From NCBI GenBank assembly GCA_015064955.1, contig SVRD01000001.1, positions 75,218 to 139,217 on the forward strand: a stretch of 64,000 nucleotides of DNA, read 5' to 3'. Under the pieces are notes generated by a model. That model was not told the origin of the DNA. It did not search any database and saw nothing but the letters and a program-made list of their open reading frames with translations. Below are positions 8,046 to 16,286 of this stretch, piece after piece. The position numbers and the translations under genes were made by a program. How positions within the stretch are numbered: the stretch's first letter is position 1; every line of letters starts with the position of its first letter. This DNA comes from Oscillospiraceae bacterium (GTDB lineage: Bacteria; Bacillota; Clostridia; Oscillospirales; CAG-382).

Positions 8046-8642
8046 ATGAAAAAACAGCGCGTCGCCTATATCACAAAAATCGCCTGCCTCGGCGCGATAG
8101 CAACGATTCTTATGCTTTTTGAATTCCCGCTTCCCTTTGCGCCCGCCTTCTACGAATTGAACTTCAGCGAGGTCGCGGTGCTTGTCGCGGGATTTGCGCT
8201 CGGACCGTTGGCGGCTGTCTGGACCGAGCTTATAAAGATAATTCTCAATCTCATTATCAACGGCACCGACACCGCATTCGTCGGCGAGATATCAAACTTT
8301 TTGATGGGTGTCGCGTTTGTACTCCCTGCGGCGTTTATTTATCAAAAGAAAAAAAGCCTTTCGGGCGCAGTTATCGGTATGGTGACCGGAACATTGTCGC
8401 TCGTGATCGTTTCGGCTGTTGTGAACTATTTCATTATGATCCCCGCATACGTTCGCTTTATGGGCTTTGAAATGGAAATGATAATCGGCTTGGGCAACAA
8501 GGTGAATTCCTCGATAACAAATCTGACAAGCCTTATCCTGCTTGCAACCGTGCCGTTCAATCTTGTAAAAGGCGTCGCCTGCTCGCTTCTCAGCGCGCTT
8601 ATTTATAAACGCATATCGCCCATACTCCATAAAGAGTTTTAA
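8046..8642 (+). CDS. ribU: ECF transporter S component, probable riboflavin transporter
   Basis: 198 aa from ATG 8046 (an internal Met of track ORF 8013), 9 nt after GGAGG. Polytopic membrane protein with an FEFPLPFAP motif typical of ECF S components. Riboflavin specificity is inferred from the FMN riboswitch directly upstream. Confidence 0.75.
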   Translation: MKKQRVAYITKIACLGAIATILMLFEFPLPFAPAFYELNFSEVAVLVAGFALGPLAAVWTELIKIILNLIINGTDTAFVGEISNFLMGVAFVLPAAFIYQKKKSLSGAVIGMVTGTLSLVIVSAVVNYFIMIPAYVRFMGFEMEMIIGLGNKVNSSITNLTSLILLATVPFNLVKGVACSLLSALIYKRISPILHKEF

Positions 8643-8681
8643 AAACGAAGCTTTTTTCTTGCATATTCCGAAGTTTTCTAT

Positions 8682-8711
8682 CCCCTCGGTTTTTCCGAGG
8701 GGTTGCTTTTG
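8682..8711 (+). terminator. rho-independent terminator of ribU
   Basis: CCCCTCGG (8682-8689) / CCGAGGGG (8695-8702) followed by TTGCTTTTG. Confidence 0.7.
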
Positions 8712-8726
8712 CAATAAAAGGCCCCC

Positions 8727-8771
8727 GAAAAAAAGCAAACGAGGTAAAATGCCTCGTTTGCTTTTGTTGTT
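8727..8771. terminator. bidirectional terminator
   Basis: GCAAACGAGG (8735-8744) / CCTCGTTTGC (8752-8761), flanked by an A-run and a T-run, between convergent genes. Confidence 0.75.
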
Positions 8772-8814
8772 CTTAAATAAAAAGTGTTTTGATCATATTA
8801 TTACAACGATTGTG

Positions 8815-9120
8815 TTATACGACTTTTTCATAATTGCACCAATGTGCGACACCGTTTTCATCAAAATAAATCATAAAATATTCCGGTGGGGTAGTTCCGA
8901 AAAAATCCGTTTCTTTCTCGGAAATCAAATATCCGCAAGCGCAATCGCGATACAACCCGTCTTCATCAGGTGTGCCTTGTTTTCTATCGAATTCACCGTA
9001 TTTTTCAATTATCTCGGAAGAAGTTAATCCGACAATATCGTCTTCCGAATATTTGGCACAGCTTGATAAACAAAGCGCGATAACAAGAAGTGCGGCGAAT
9101 AATATATAAACTTTTTTCAT
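8815..9120 (-). CDS. small hypothetical lipoprotein
   Basis: 101 aa from internal Met (ATG rc 9118-9120): MKKVYILFAALLVIALCLSSC (lipobox LSSC), then a Cys-containing soluble domain. I recognise no family. Low GC. Confidence 0.55.
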   Translation of the reverse strand: MKKVYILFAALLVIALCLSSCAKYSEDDIVGLTSSEIIEKYGEFDRKQGTPDEDGLYRDCACGYLISEKETDFFGTTPPEYFMIYFDENGVAHWCNYEKVV

Positions 9121-9430
9121 TCTATGACTCCATTTAATAACATATCCTTTTAGAATATTACTCATTTTATATCTCCTCCAAAATAAAATCCGTAAATTAA
9201 AATGCGATAGCGTCTGCTTGCGTATCGGTAAAGCGTCATCGGTCGGCTACGACGTGATACCACCCGTCTATATATTCAACAATTTCCGAACGATAAGTGC
9301 ATAAATGCTAAAACTCATATGACGTTTGGCTTCTTATCCAACGATATCCTCTCATATATAATATCAGAAAGCATCAAAACGTCTATGAAATATTTTTAAA
9401 TATTTTTAAAATATCATAATTATTTCCGTC

Positions 9431-10282
9431 TTAATTTCCCAAAAGCGTAACAGTGCCGAAATAGGCGCGCTTTACAAGGATATAATCGTACTGATCGATC
9501 TCGCCGTCGCAATTCACGTCGGCGCGTACCATTTGCCGTTCGTCGAGCGCAACAGTATCGAAATATTCGCGTTTTACAAGGATATAATCGTATTGATTCA
9601 CGCTTCCGTCGCCGTTCACGTCGCCGATCCACAACCGTTCGTAAACGGCAAGCACGCAATCGGCGTAAAGCTTATAGCCCGCATCGTTCGGGTGAACGCC
9701 GTCGGGGAAATACTTGGTGTAGTCGTCGGTGGCGAGGAACGCCGCGTTTATATCGGCATAGATCACGTTCTTTTCGACAGCAACCTCTCTCGCCGCCTCG
9801 GCATAAAGGCTCAGAAGACCGTTCGGCCCGCCGTATTCCAAAAAGGGCTCGGGGTCGTGACGGGTCAGATACGGCTCGTCGACGATAGGCGTGGGGATAT
9901 TCAATATCACCTTCACGCCCGCCTTTTTGCACTCGTCGATAAAATAGCGCAGATTTTCCTTGTAATCCTCGAGCGGAGTATGCTTTTCCATATCAATAGC
10001 GGCATCGTTTGTGCCGAGGCTGATAAAAACTATATCTGCCGAGCGGTAGATGACCTCCTGCCTGAAGCGCGCCATCGCCGTGCGAGTGCTGTCGCCGCCG
10101 ACTCCCGCATTGATTATATCTATACCGTATTCCTGCTCGATATATTTTTGCCATTTATCCGCCGCGGTAATGCTGTCGCCGAATGCAACGACTTTCGGCT
10201 TTTCGGTCTCGGACAAGGCAAAAAGAGGCAGATTGCAAAATACAAGCAGCAAAGAAATTATTGCAAAAAGAACTTTTTTCAA
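9431..10282 (-). CDS. secreted SGNH/GDSL hydrolase (esterase/lipase-like) with C-terminal dockerin
   Basis: 283 aa. Signal peptide, then SGNH blocks FGDSIT, GVGGDS, LGTNDA and DGVHPND. C-terminal duplicated Ca-binding segments DVNGDGSVNQYDYILVKR and DVNCDGEIDQYDYILVKR form a dockerin. Confidence 0.85.
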   Translation of the reverse strand: MKKVLFAIISLLLVFCNLPLFALSETEKPKVVAFGDSITAADKWQKYIEQEYGIDIINAGVGGDSTRTAMARFRQEVIYRSADIVFISLGTNDAAIDMEKHTPLEDYKENLRYFIDECKKAGVKVILNIPTPIVDEPYLTRHDPEPFLEYGGPNGLLSLYAEAAREVAVEKNVIYADINAAFLATDDYTKYFPDGVHPNDAGYKLYADCVLAVYERLWIGDVNGDGSVNQYDYILVKREYFDTVALDERQMVRADVNCDGEIDQYDYILVKRAYFGTVTLLGN

Positions 10283-10431
10283 GGTTTTTCACTCCCTTTT
10301 CAATAGCTTTTTATTTATTATAATTTATTTTGACAATGTATTCAATCGTTTTTTGCGAAAACTATTGAAAAAAGAATCGCAAAATGTTATTCTTTAGACA
10401 GTAATATATTGCAAGAAAGGAAATTACTTTT

Positions 10432-11400
10432 ATGCTCAAGAAAATTACAGGTACTTGGTTTGAATTCCAACACCACAACATTCCCGAAGGAAAATATTGG
10501 AACCCGATCTGCCGTTGGTTTACCGACGAGCAGTGGGAAGCAAAGGTAGACGAGATCGCCGAGCTCGGTATGAAGTATATCGTTCTTCTTACCACGTCTC
10601 AGGTTTATGATAACACCGCATTTTCTTACTACAAGACCGACATTTACCCCTTCTACGATATGGGCGCAAAGGATCCGATCGGCGCACTTCTCCGCGCGGC
10701 TGACAGAAACGGCATAAAGGTATTCGTTTCCTGCGGTTATTACGGTGTTTGGGACCAGACTATCAACAATATGATCTCCCCCGAGGTTACCGCTCGTGCA
10801 TTCAAGGCGATGGAAGAGCTTTATGCACAGTACGGCCACCACGAATCATTCTACGGCTGGTATCTCCCCGACGAAACCGGTATCTATCCTTACTACGACG
10901 AACGCTTTATCAAATACGTCAACACCTACTCCGCATTCGCCAGAACTATCGATCCAAAGCTCAAAATGCTTATCGCGCCCTACGGCACAAACAGCCTCGT
11001 TGCAGACGATAAGTATGTCGCACAGCTCGAAAGCATCGATTGCGATATCATCGCATATCAGGACGAGATCGGCGTTCGTAAATCCAAGCCCGAGGAAACA
11101 TATAAGTTCTACGAATCGCTCCGCAAGGCTCACGACAAAGCAGGCAGAGGCGCGCTTTGGGCTGATATGGAGGTATTTGAATTCGAGGGCGACGTTTACA
11201 GAAGTGCACTCTACGCGGCTGATATGGAAAGAATCGACCGTCAGATCAAGAGCATCTCGCCCTACGTTGACGAAATTCTCATTTATCAGTATCAGGGTAT
11301 GTTCAACAAGCCCGGCACCACCGCTTATATGGGACATCCCGACTCGGTCAAGCTTTATCAGGACTACGTCGCTTGGCTCGAAAAGAACAATCTTAAATAA
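10432..11400 (+). CDS. DUF4434-like (glycoside hydrolase-like TIM barrel) protein
   Basis: 322 aa. The start ITGTWFEFQHHN...WFTDEQWEAKVDEIAELGMKYIVLL matches my memory of the DUF4434 pattern. No signal peptide. Confidence 0.55.
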   Translation: MLKKITGTWFEFQHHNIPEGKYWNPICRWFTDEQWEAKVDEIAELGMKYIVLLTTSQVYDNTAFSYYKTDIYPFYDMGAKDPIGALLRAADRNGIKVFVSCGYYGVWDQTINNMISPEVTARAFKAMEELYAQYGHHESFYGWYLPDETGIYPYYDERFIKYVNTYSAFARTIDPKLKMLIAPYGTNSLVADDKYVAQLESIDCDIIAYQDEIGVRKSKPEETYKFYESLRKAHDKAGRGALWADMEVFEFEGDVYRSALYAADMERIDRQIKSISPYVDEILIYQYQGMFNKPGTTAYMGHPDSVKLYQDYVAWLEKNNLK

Positions 11401-11420
11401 GATATCTGTTCAGGTTACAA

Positions 11421-12986
11421 ATGATAAAACTCACATTAGAGCGTTCTCCGCGTGAGGACGCTCTTCCTCTTGAAGAGCATATTTCGACTATGCTCGGAAT
11501 AAAAAAAGAAGATTTCTCGCTCGAGATACGCAAAAAATCGCTCGACGCGCGCCGCGGAAAAGCAAAATTTGTTTACACCGTCGACGTGACACTGAATTCG
11601 GGCGACGAAAATGCGGTTGCAAGCCGTTGCGGCGGCACGATAGCCGAACCCGAGATACCGTTTGCGCTCCCGAAGCCGAAAAGCCTGCCGAAGCACCGCC
11701 CCGTTATCGCGGGGTTCGGTCCCGCGGGTATTTTTGCCGCGCTCAGTCTGGCACGTGCGGGACTGAAGCCGATCGTGCTCGAGCGCGGAAAAAGTGTTGA
11801 TGATCGCAAAAAGGATGTCGATATCTTCTTTTCGGGCGGCGAGCTCGACGAAAACTCGAATATTCAGTACGGCGAGGGCGGAGCAGGCGCATTTTCCGAC
11901 GGGAAGCTGAACACTCTTATAAAGGACAAAAGCTTCCGAGGACAGTTTGTGCTGAAAGAGCTCGTAAACGCGGGCGCACCCAAGGAAACGCTCTATGCCG
12001 CGAAGCCGCATATCGGGACCGACCTGCTTTGCGGTGTTGTGAAAAGCATTCGCAACGAAATAATCGCGCTCGGCGGCGAGATACGCTTTGAATCCCCGCT
12101 GAACGATATAATCACGGAAAACGGCGTTCTGAAGGCGGTAGTCTGTCCCGACGGCGTTATCGAGACCGATACCCTTTTTGTCGCAACCGGTCAATCGGCG
12201 AAAAATGTTTTGGAAATGCTCTATTCGCACGGCGCGGCACTCGAAGCAAAGCCCTTTTCGGTCGGGTTCCGTATCGAGCACAAGCAAAAGGATATTGATA
12301 TGGCGCAATACGGCAAATGCGAGGACGTTCATTTTCTCCCGCCTGCCGAATACAAGCTTTTTGCCCACTGCAAGACCGGCAGAACCGTTTACAGCTTTTG
12401 TATGTGCCCCGGCGGTCACGTCGTTGCCGCGGCAAGCGAAAACGGCAGACTTGTCACAAACGGTATGAGCTACCACTCGCGTAACAGCGAAAACGCAAAC
12501 AGCGCGATACTTTGCGAGATCCTGCCGAAAGACCTCGGAGACGGAATTTTCGCAGGCTACGATTACCGTGAAAAGCTCGAGCGGATTGCATTTGAAATGG
12601 GCGGAGGCGATTTCACCGCCCCTGCGATGACTGTCGGAGAATATCTCGGCAAGGACAAATGCGGGCAAAAGGTAACCCCGACCTATCCCCGCGGCGTCAG
12701 ATTCACCGATATATCAAAGCTGTTTTCAAAGGAGATCAACGATTCCTTCCGCGAGGCTCTGTGCGAATTCGCCAAAAAAATAAAAGGCTTTGACTCGGAC
12801 GGCGCGGTCATAACCGCGATCGAAAGCCGCACAAGCTCACCGGTAAGGCTTGTCCGTAACGACGACAGACAAAGCAATATAAATGGCATTTACCCTTTGG
12901 GCGAGGGCGCGGGCTACGCAGGCGGAATAATCTCCGCCGCGATCGACGGTGTTCGCTCGGCAGAGGAATATATTTTGAGTTTATAA
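11421..12986 (+). CDS. FAD-dependent oxidoreductase of the uncharacterised COG2509 type
   Basis: 521 aa. Dinucleotide-binding motif VIAGFGPAGIFAALSLARAG. The N-terminal small domain followed by an FAD domain is as in COG2509 proteins. Confidence 0.75.
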   Translation: MIKLTLERSPREDALPLEEHISTMLGIKKEDFSLEIRKKSLDARRGKAKFVYTVDVTLNSGDENAVASRCGGTIAEPEIPFALPKPKSLPKHRPVIAGFGPAGIFAALSLARAGLKPIVLERGKSVDDRKKDVDIFFSGGELDENSNIQYGEGGAGAFSDGKLNTLIKDKSFRGQFVLKELVNAGAPKETLYAAKPHIGTDLLCGVVKSIRNEIIALGGEIRFESPLNDIITENGVLKAVVCPDGVIETDTLFVATGQSAKNVLEMLYSHGAALEAKPFSVGFRIEHKQKDIDMAQYGKCEDVHFLPPAEYKLFAHCKTGRTVYSFCMCPGGHVVAAASENGRLVTNGMSYHSRNSENANSAILCEILPKDLGDGIFAGYDYREKLERIAFEMGGGDFTAPAMTVGEYLGKDKCGQKVTPTYPRGVRFTDISKLFSKEINDSFREALCEFAKKIKGFDSDGAVITAIESRTSSPVRLVRNDDRQSNINGIYPLGEGAGYAGGIISAAIDGVRSAEEYILSL

Positions 12987-12998
12987 TACGGTTTTATT

Positions 12999-13051
12999 CG
13001 AGAGAGAACTTTTTAAAAAGCTCTCTCTCGTGCTCTCTTTTAAAACTTTTT
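12999..13051 (+). repeat. GAGAGA hairpin plus conserved 3' flank (terminator-associated module, copy 1)
   Basis: CGAGAGAG...CTCTCTCG hairpin followed by TGCTCTCTTTTAAAACTTT. Compare 50785-50836 (TGCTCTCTCCCAAAAACTTT) and the related 14786-14823. Confidence 0.6.
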
Positions 13052-13125
13052 GAATCCTGCTAACCTTTAATGACCTCAACTGACTATACGGGTGTAACGT
13101 GAATTCACAAAACAGGAAAAGCACT

Positions 13126-14766
13126 ATGAAAACAAACGAAATGCTTGAAGCAATCGGCAAAAAGGAATTTTTGGATAAGCTTTACGGCTTCGCCTACCAA
13201 AGATGCAGCTCGAGCTTTGAAGCCGAGGATCTTTGCTCTGATATCATAATCTCTCTGCTTGCGGCAGTTAAAAAGCAAGACAATGTCGAAAACTTTTATG
13301 CGTTTGTCTGGACTGTTGCACGCCGGGTTTATGCAGATTTCTGCGAAAAACGAAGCAAAGAAGCAAAAACAGTCAGCATTGAAAACGCAGAGCTTGATTT
13401 TGCTTCAGTCCGAAACGAAATCGACGATCTTCTCGATTCCGATGAAACGATGCGTCGGCTGAAGCTTATCTACCGCGAGATCGCCTTTCTTTCAAAGGAA
13501 TACCGCGAGGTAATGGTGATGTTCTACCTCGACGAAATGAAGATAAAGGACATTTCCGCCAAGCTCGGTATTACCGAAAATACAGTAAAGCAACGTTTGT
13601 TTTCCGCAAGAAACACTATCAGAAAAGAGGTCAGCAATATGGAAAACAAGAATTTATCGCTAAAGCCGGTTCGATTCTACTATATGGGCACCGGCAACCC
13701 CGTCGGCAACCAACCGAGCCTTGTTACCCAAAGAACGTTTTCGCAAAGCCTTGTTTATCTTTTAAAGGACAAGGCAAAGACAGCGCGAGAGCTTTCCGAG
13801 GAGCTTTGTGTTCCGATGCTGTTTATCGAAGAAGAGCTCGAAATACAGTGTCACGGAACAAACGGCGAATACGGTATGGTTCGCCGACTCGAAAACGGCA
13901 AATACATAGCAAACGTTATCGTTGCCGATTACAGCGAGGCTGCCGAATCGCAAAAAATATTCGGGCGCCATCTCCCCAAGGTAGCAGAGGTTGTTAAGGA
14001 AATCATTTCAAAAAACAAAGAAAAAATACTTTCATTCCCCTATTTGAGCAAGCAGACCGACACGGGCTTCATTCTTTGGAGTCTTGTAAACCGCTCCTCG
14101 TGGCAGCTGCTCACCAGAGTGCAACAGCTTCTCGCAAAGAAATACTTCGCGGATATCACTCCCGCGTCGCGCCCATATACCCAAGCGGCAATAGCGTCGC
14201 CCGCCGAAAACAACTCGGTAATATCTTCTTACGGTTGTGACGGTATCGATGCATATGAAATCTGCGGATACAAGCGCGTATTTATATCGAATATGTACGG
14301 TCCGCGGCTTGAAGCACACTTCCACTGCGGTCACAATATCGGAACCGATCCGCTGCTTTTGCTCTTGATACGTTCGATCGGCGGTTTGAAGACAGATTCA
14401 CTCACCGAATCCGAAAAGGAAACTGCGGCAAAAGCGATCGAATGCGGGTATATTCGTAAAAACGGCGATCAGCTCGAGCCGAACGTTCTCGTATTTGAAC
14501 TCCGGCACGACCGCGCCTTCAACAGTCTTTTGCAGATTTGTGATAAGCTCGATAACGTCGCGGAGGATATCGCGTGCGAGCTTTCCGAATTCATCAAATC
14601 ACATCTGCCGAAGCATCTCGAAAACGAATTCCTTACCTATTCGTCGCTTATCGCGTCCGCCTGCTTGGGCTCGGATATTATCGAGGAGTGCATAAAAGCA
14701 AACATCTTGAGCGAGCCCGAAAGCCTTTTATGCGGCGAAGGCGTTATCGTCGTTGTCGAAAAATAA
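13126..14766 (+). CDS. sigma-70 family (ECF-like) RNA polymerase sigma factor with long C-terminal extension
   Basis: 546 aa from ATG 13126. Region 2-like FYAFVWTVARRVYADF and region 4 HTH YREVMVMFYLDEMKIKDISAKLGITENTVKQRLFSARNTIRKEV lie within the first 180 aa or so. The remaining 360 aa or so has no TM helix and matches no family I recognise. Confidence 0.75.
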   Translation: MKTNEMLEAIGKKEFLDKLYGFAYQRCSSSFEAEDLCSDIIISLLAAVKKQDNVENFYAFVWTVARRVYADFCEKRSKEAKTVSIENAELDFASVRNEIDDLLDSDETMRRLKLIYREIAFLSKEYREVMVMFYLDEMKIKDISAKLGITENTVKQRLFSARNTIRKEVSNMENKNLSLKPVRFYYMGTGNPVGNQPSLVTQRTFSQSLVYLLKDKAKTARELSEELCVPMLFIEEELEIQCHGTNGEYGMVRRLENGKYIANVIVADYSEAAESQKIFGRHLPKVAEVVKEIISKNKEKILSFPYLSKQTDTGFILWSLVNRSSWQLLTRVQQLLAKKYFADITPASRPYTQAAIASPAENNSVISSYGCDGIDAYEICGYKRVFISNMYGPRLEAHFHCGHNIGTDPLLLLLIRSIGGLKTDSLTESEKETAAKAIECGYIRKNGDQLEPNVLVFELRHDRAFNSLLQICDKLDNVAEDIACELSEFIKSHLPKHLENEFLTYSSLIASACLGSDIIEECIKANILSEPESLLCGEGVIVVVEK

Positions 14767-14785
14767 GCAGTCGTAACAAGCATAT

Positions 14786-14823
14786 CGAGAGAGCTTTTCA
14801 GATGCTCTCTCGTTCTTTTTTGA
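14786..14823 (+). terminator. rho-independent terminator of the sigma factor gene
   Basis: Perfect 9-bp stem CGAGAGAGC (14786-14794) / GCTCTCTCG (14804-14812) followed by TTCTTTTTTT. Confidence 0.8.
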
Positions 14824-14893
14824 AAAACTCGCTCTTTATTTATCGAAAAAAGTATGATATAATAACTCATAAATATCGTTGTGAGGTGAAATC

Positions 14894-15565
14894 ATGGCGC
14901 GCAGATCCGCAAAAAGAGCCGCAAGGCAAAACAGCCGAAGAACCCGAATTGCCGCATATATGTTGCTTTTGGTACTTGTGATTTCGGCATATATCGGTTG
15001 TCAGTACTTTTTTGAGTGGGCATGGCTCACCGAATCGGTAACAACAGTTGTTGCAATAATCTCGGTAGTCACCTTTTTGATCGAATACAACGAAAACAAG
15101 CATTTGAACGAGTTCCAATTTATAACCGAGCTGAACGATCAGTTTATCGGCAACGAGAATATGTCGGAAATCGAATGGGAACTCGAAAAATTCTATTACA
15201 AGCACCGCAACGGCGAGCTCACCGACGAATATATCGAATCGTTCCGAAAAAGCTTTGATATCGAGCAAAAAAGCCGTCAAAAGCTTGTGAACTATCTTGA
15301 GCATCTCGAAAGCATCGCAACGCTTGTCGACAACAAGGTATTGCATCTCGACAAAATCAGCGATCTGATGTCATACAGATATTTTATCGCGCTGAACAAT
15401 CCGATCGTGCAAGAGCTTGAAATAATCGCATACGCCGACTTTTACAGAGGCTGTCTTTGCATTTATGAAAAATGGGTCAAGGTTTTGCAGACTCAGGGAG
15501 TGGAAATTCCGATGTTTGAAGATTACGGCATTGCCGAATTTTGCGGCAAAGCAAACGAAGAATAA
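14894..15565 (+). CDS. hypothetical membrane protein
   Basis: 223 aa. Arg/Lys-rich N-terminus, two predicted TM helices (IAAYMLLLVLVISAYIG; VTTVVAIISVVTFLI), then a helical soluble domain. RBS GAGGTGA. Own extended -10 (TGaTATAAT, 14855-14863) and a downstream terminator. Confidence 0.6.
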   Translation: MARRSAKRAARQNSRRTRIAAYMLLLVLVISAYIGCQYFFEWAWLTESVTTVVAIISVVTFLIEYNENKHLNEFQFITELNDQFIGNENMSEIEWELEKFYYKHRNGELTDEYIESFRKSFDIEQKSRQKLVNYLEHLESIATLVDNKVLHLDKISDLMSYRYFIALNNPIVQELEIIAYADFYRGCLCIYEKWVKVLQTQGVEIPMFEDYGIAEFCGKANEE

Positions 15566-15605
15566 ACAAAAAGTCTGTCACGTTGATCGTGACAGACTTT
15601 TATTG
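15566..15605. terminator. bidirectional terminator
   Basis: Perfect 12-bp stem AAGTCTGTCACG (15571-15582) / CGTGACAGACTT (15588-15599), with an A-run and a T-run on either side, between convergent genes. Confidence 0.85.
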
Positions 15606-16283
15606 TTACGGATTTAAAATTCCTATTGCATTGTCGCCGCTTACGATATAATGCTCTATAAGCTCGATTTCGTTCGCCATAAGGTGCGCGGCGATACGCT
15701 TTGTCGAAATAATATCGTCCTGCGACGGTGTCAAATTACCGCTCGGATGGTTGTGCGCAAGAATAACCGCCTTGCCGCCTACGCGGATAACGCCCTCGGT
15801 CACCTTGCGAAGCGAAAAGCGCGCAGAGTTTACGTTGCCGTGAAATATCATTTGCTTGCCGATATATCCGCCGTCGTCACCGAAATAAAGGGCATAGACC
15901 GTTTCTTCCTCGAGTCTGCCGTAGAGCCCGATAAGAAAGCTTTTGAGCGTTTCGCCCTCCAAAAGCATCGCTTCCTTCTCAAATGCATACATTCGAAGCG
16001 AGGTCTCGCGCAGGAGCGAAAACAAAAGCTCGGTCCCCGACTTTAAGCCGGTAAGAGCTTCTATTTCGGCAGGCGATGCGTTTACAACGCCGCTTATGTT
16101 GCCGTATTTTTCGATAAGCGTGCTTGCGTATTTGCTCACGTCCTTGCGAGGAACGGCATAAAACAATAAAATTTCAAGCAGTTCGAGATCCGAAAGCTTT
16201 TTCGTCCCCTCGTCAAGCACACGCTTCTTCAAACGTGCTCTGTGCCCGACACCCGTTGCCTTTTTGCCTGCAGCCGAAGCCAT
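15606..16283 (-). CDS. radC: RadC-like JAB domain protein (UPF0758)
   Basis: 225 aa. JAB/MPN motif HNHPSGNLTPSQDD. The N-terminal HhH-like region LSDLELLEILL is typical of RadC. Confidence 0.85.
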   Translation of the reverse strand: MASAAGKKATGVGHRARLKKRVLDEGTKKLSDLELLEILLFYAVPRKDVSKYASTLIEKYGNISGVVNASPAEIEALTGLKSGTELLFSLLRETSLRMYAFEKEAMLLEGETLKSFLIGLYGRLEEETVYALYFGDDGGYIGKQMIFHGNVNSARFSLRKVTEGVIRVGGKAVILAHNHPSGNLTPSQDDIISTKRIAAHLMANEIELIEHYIVSGDNAIGILNP

Positions 16284-16286
16284 TAA

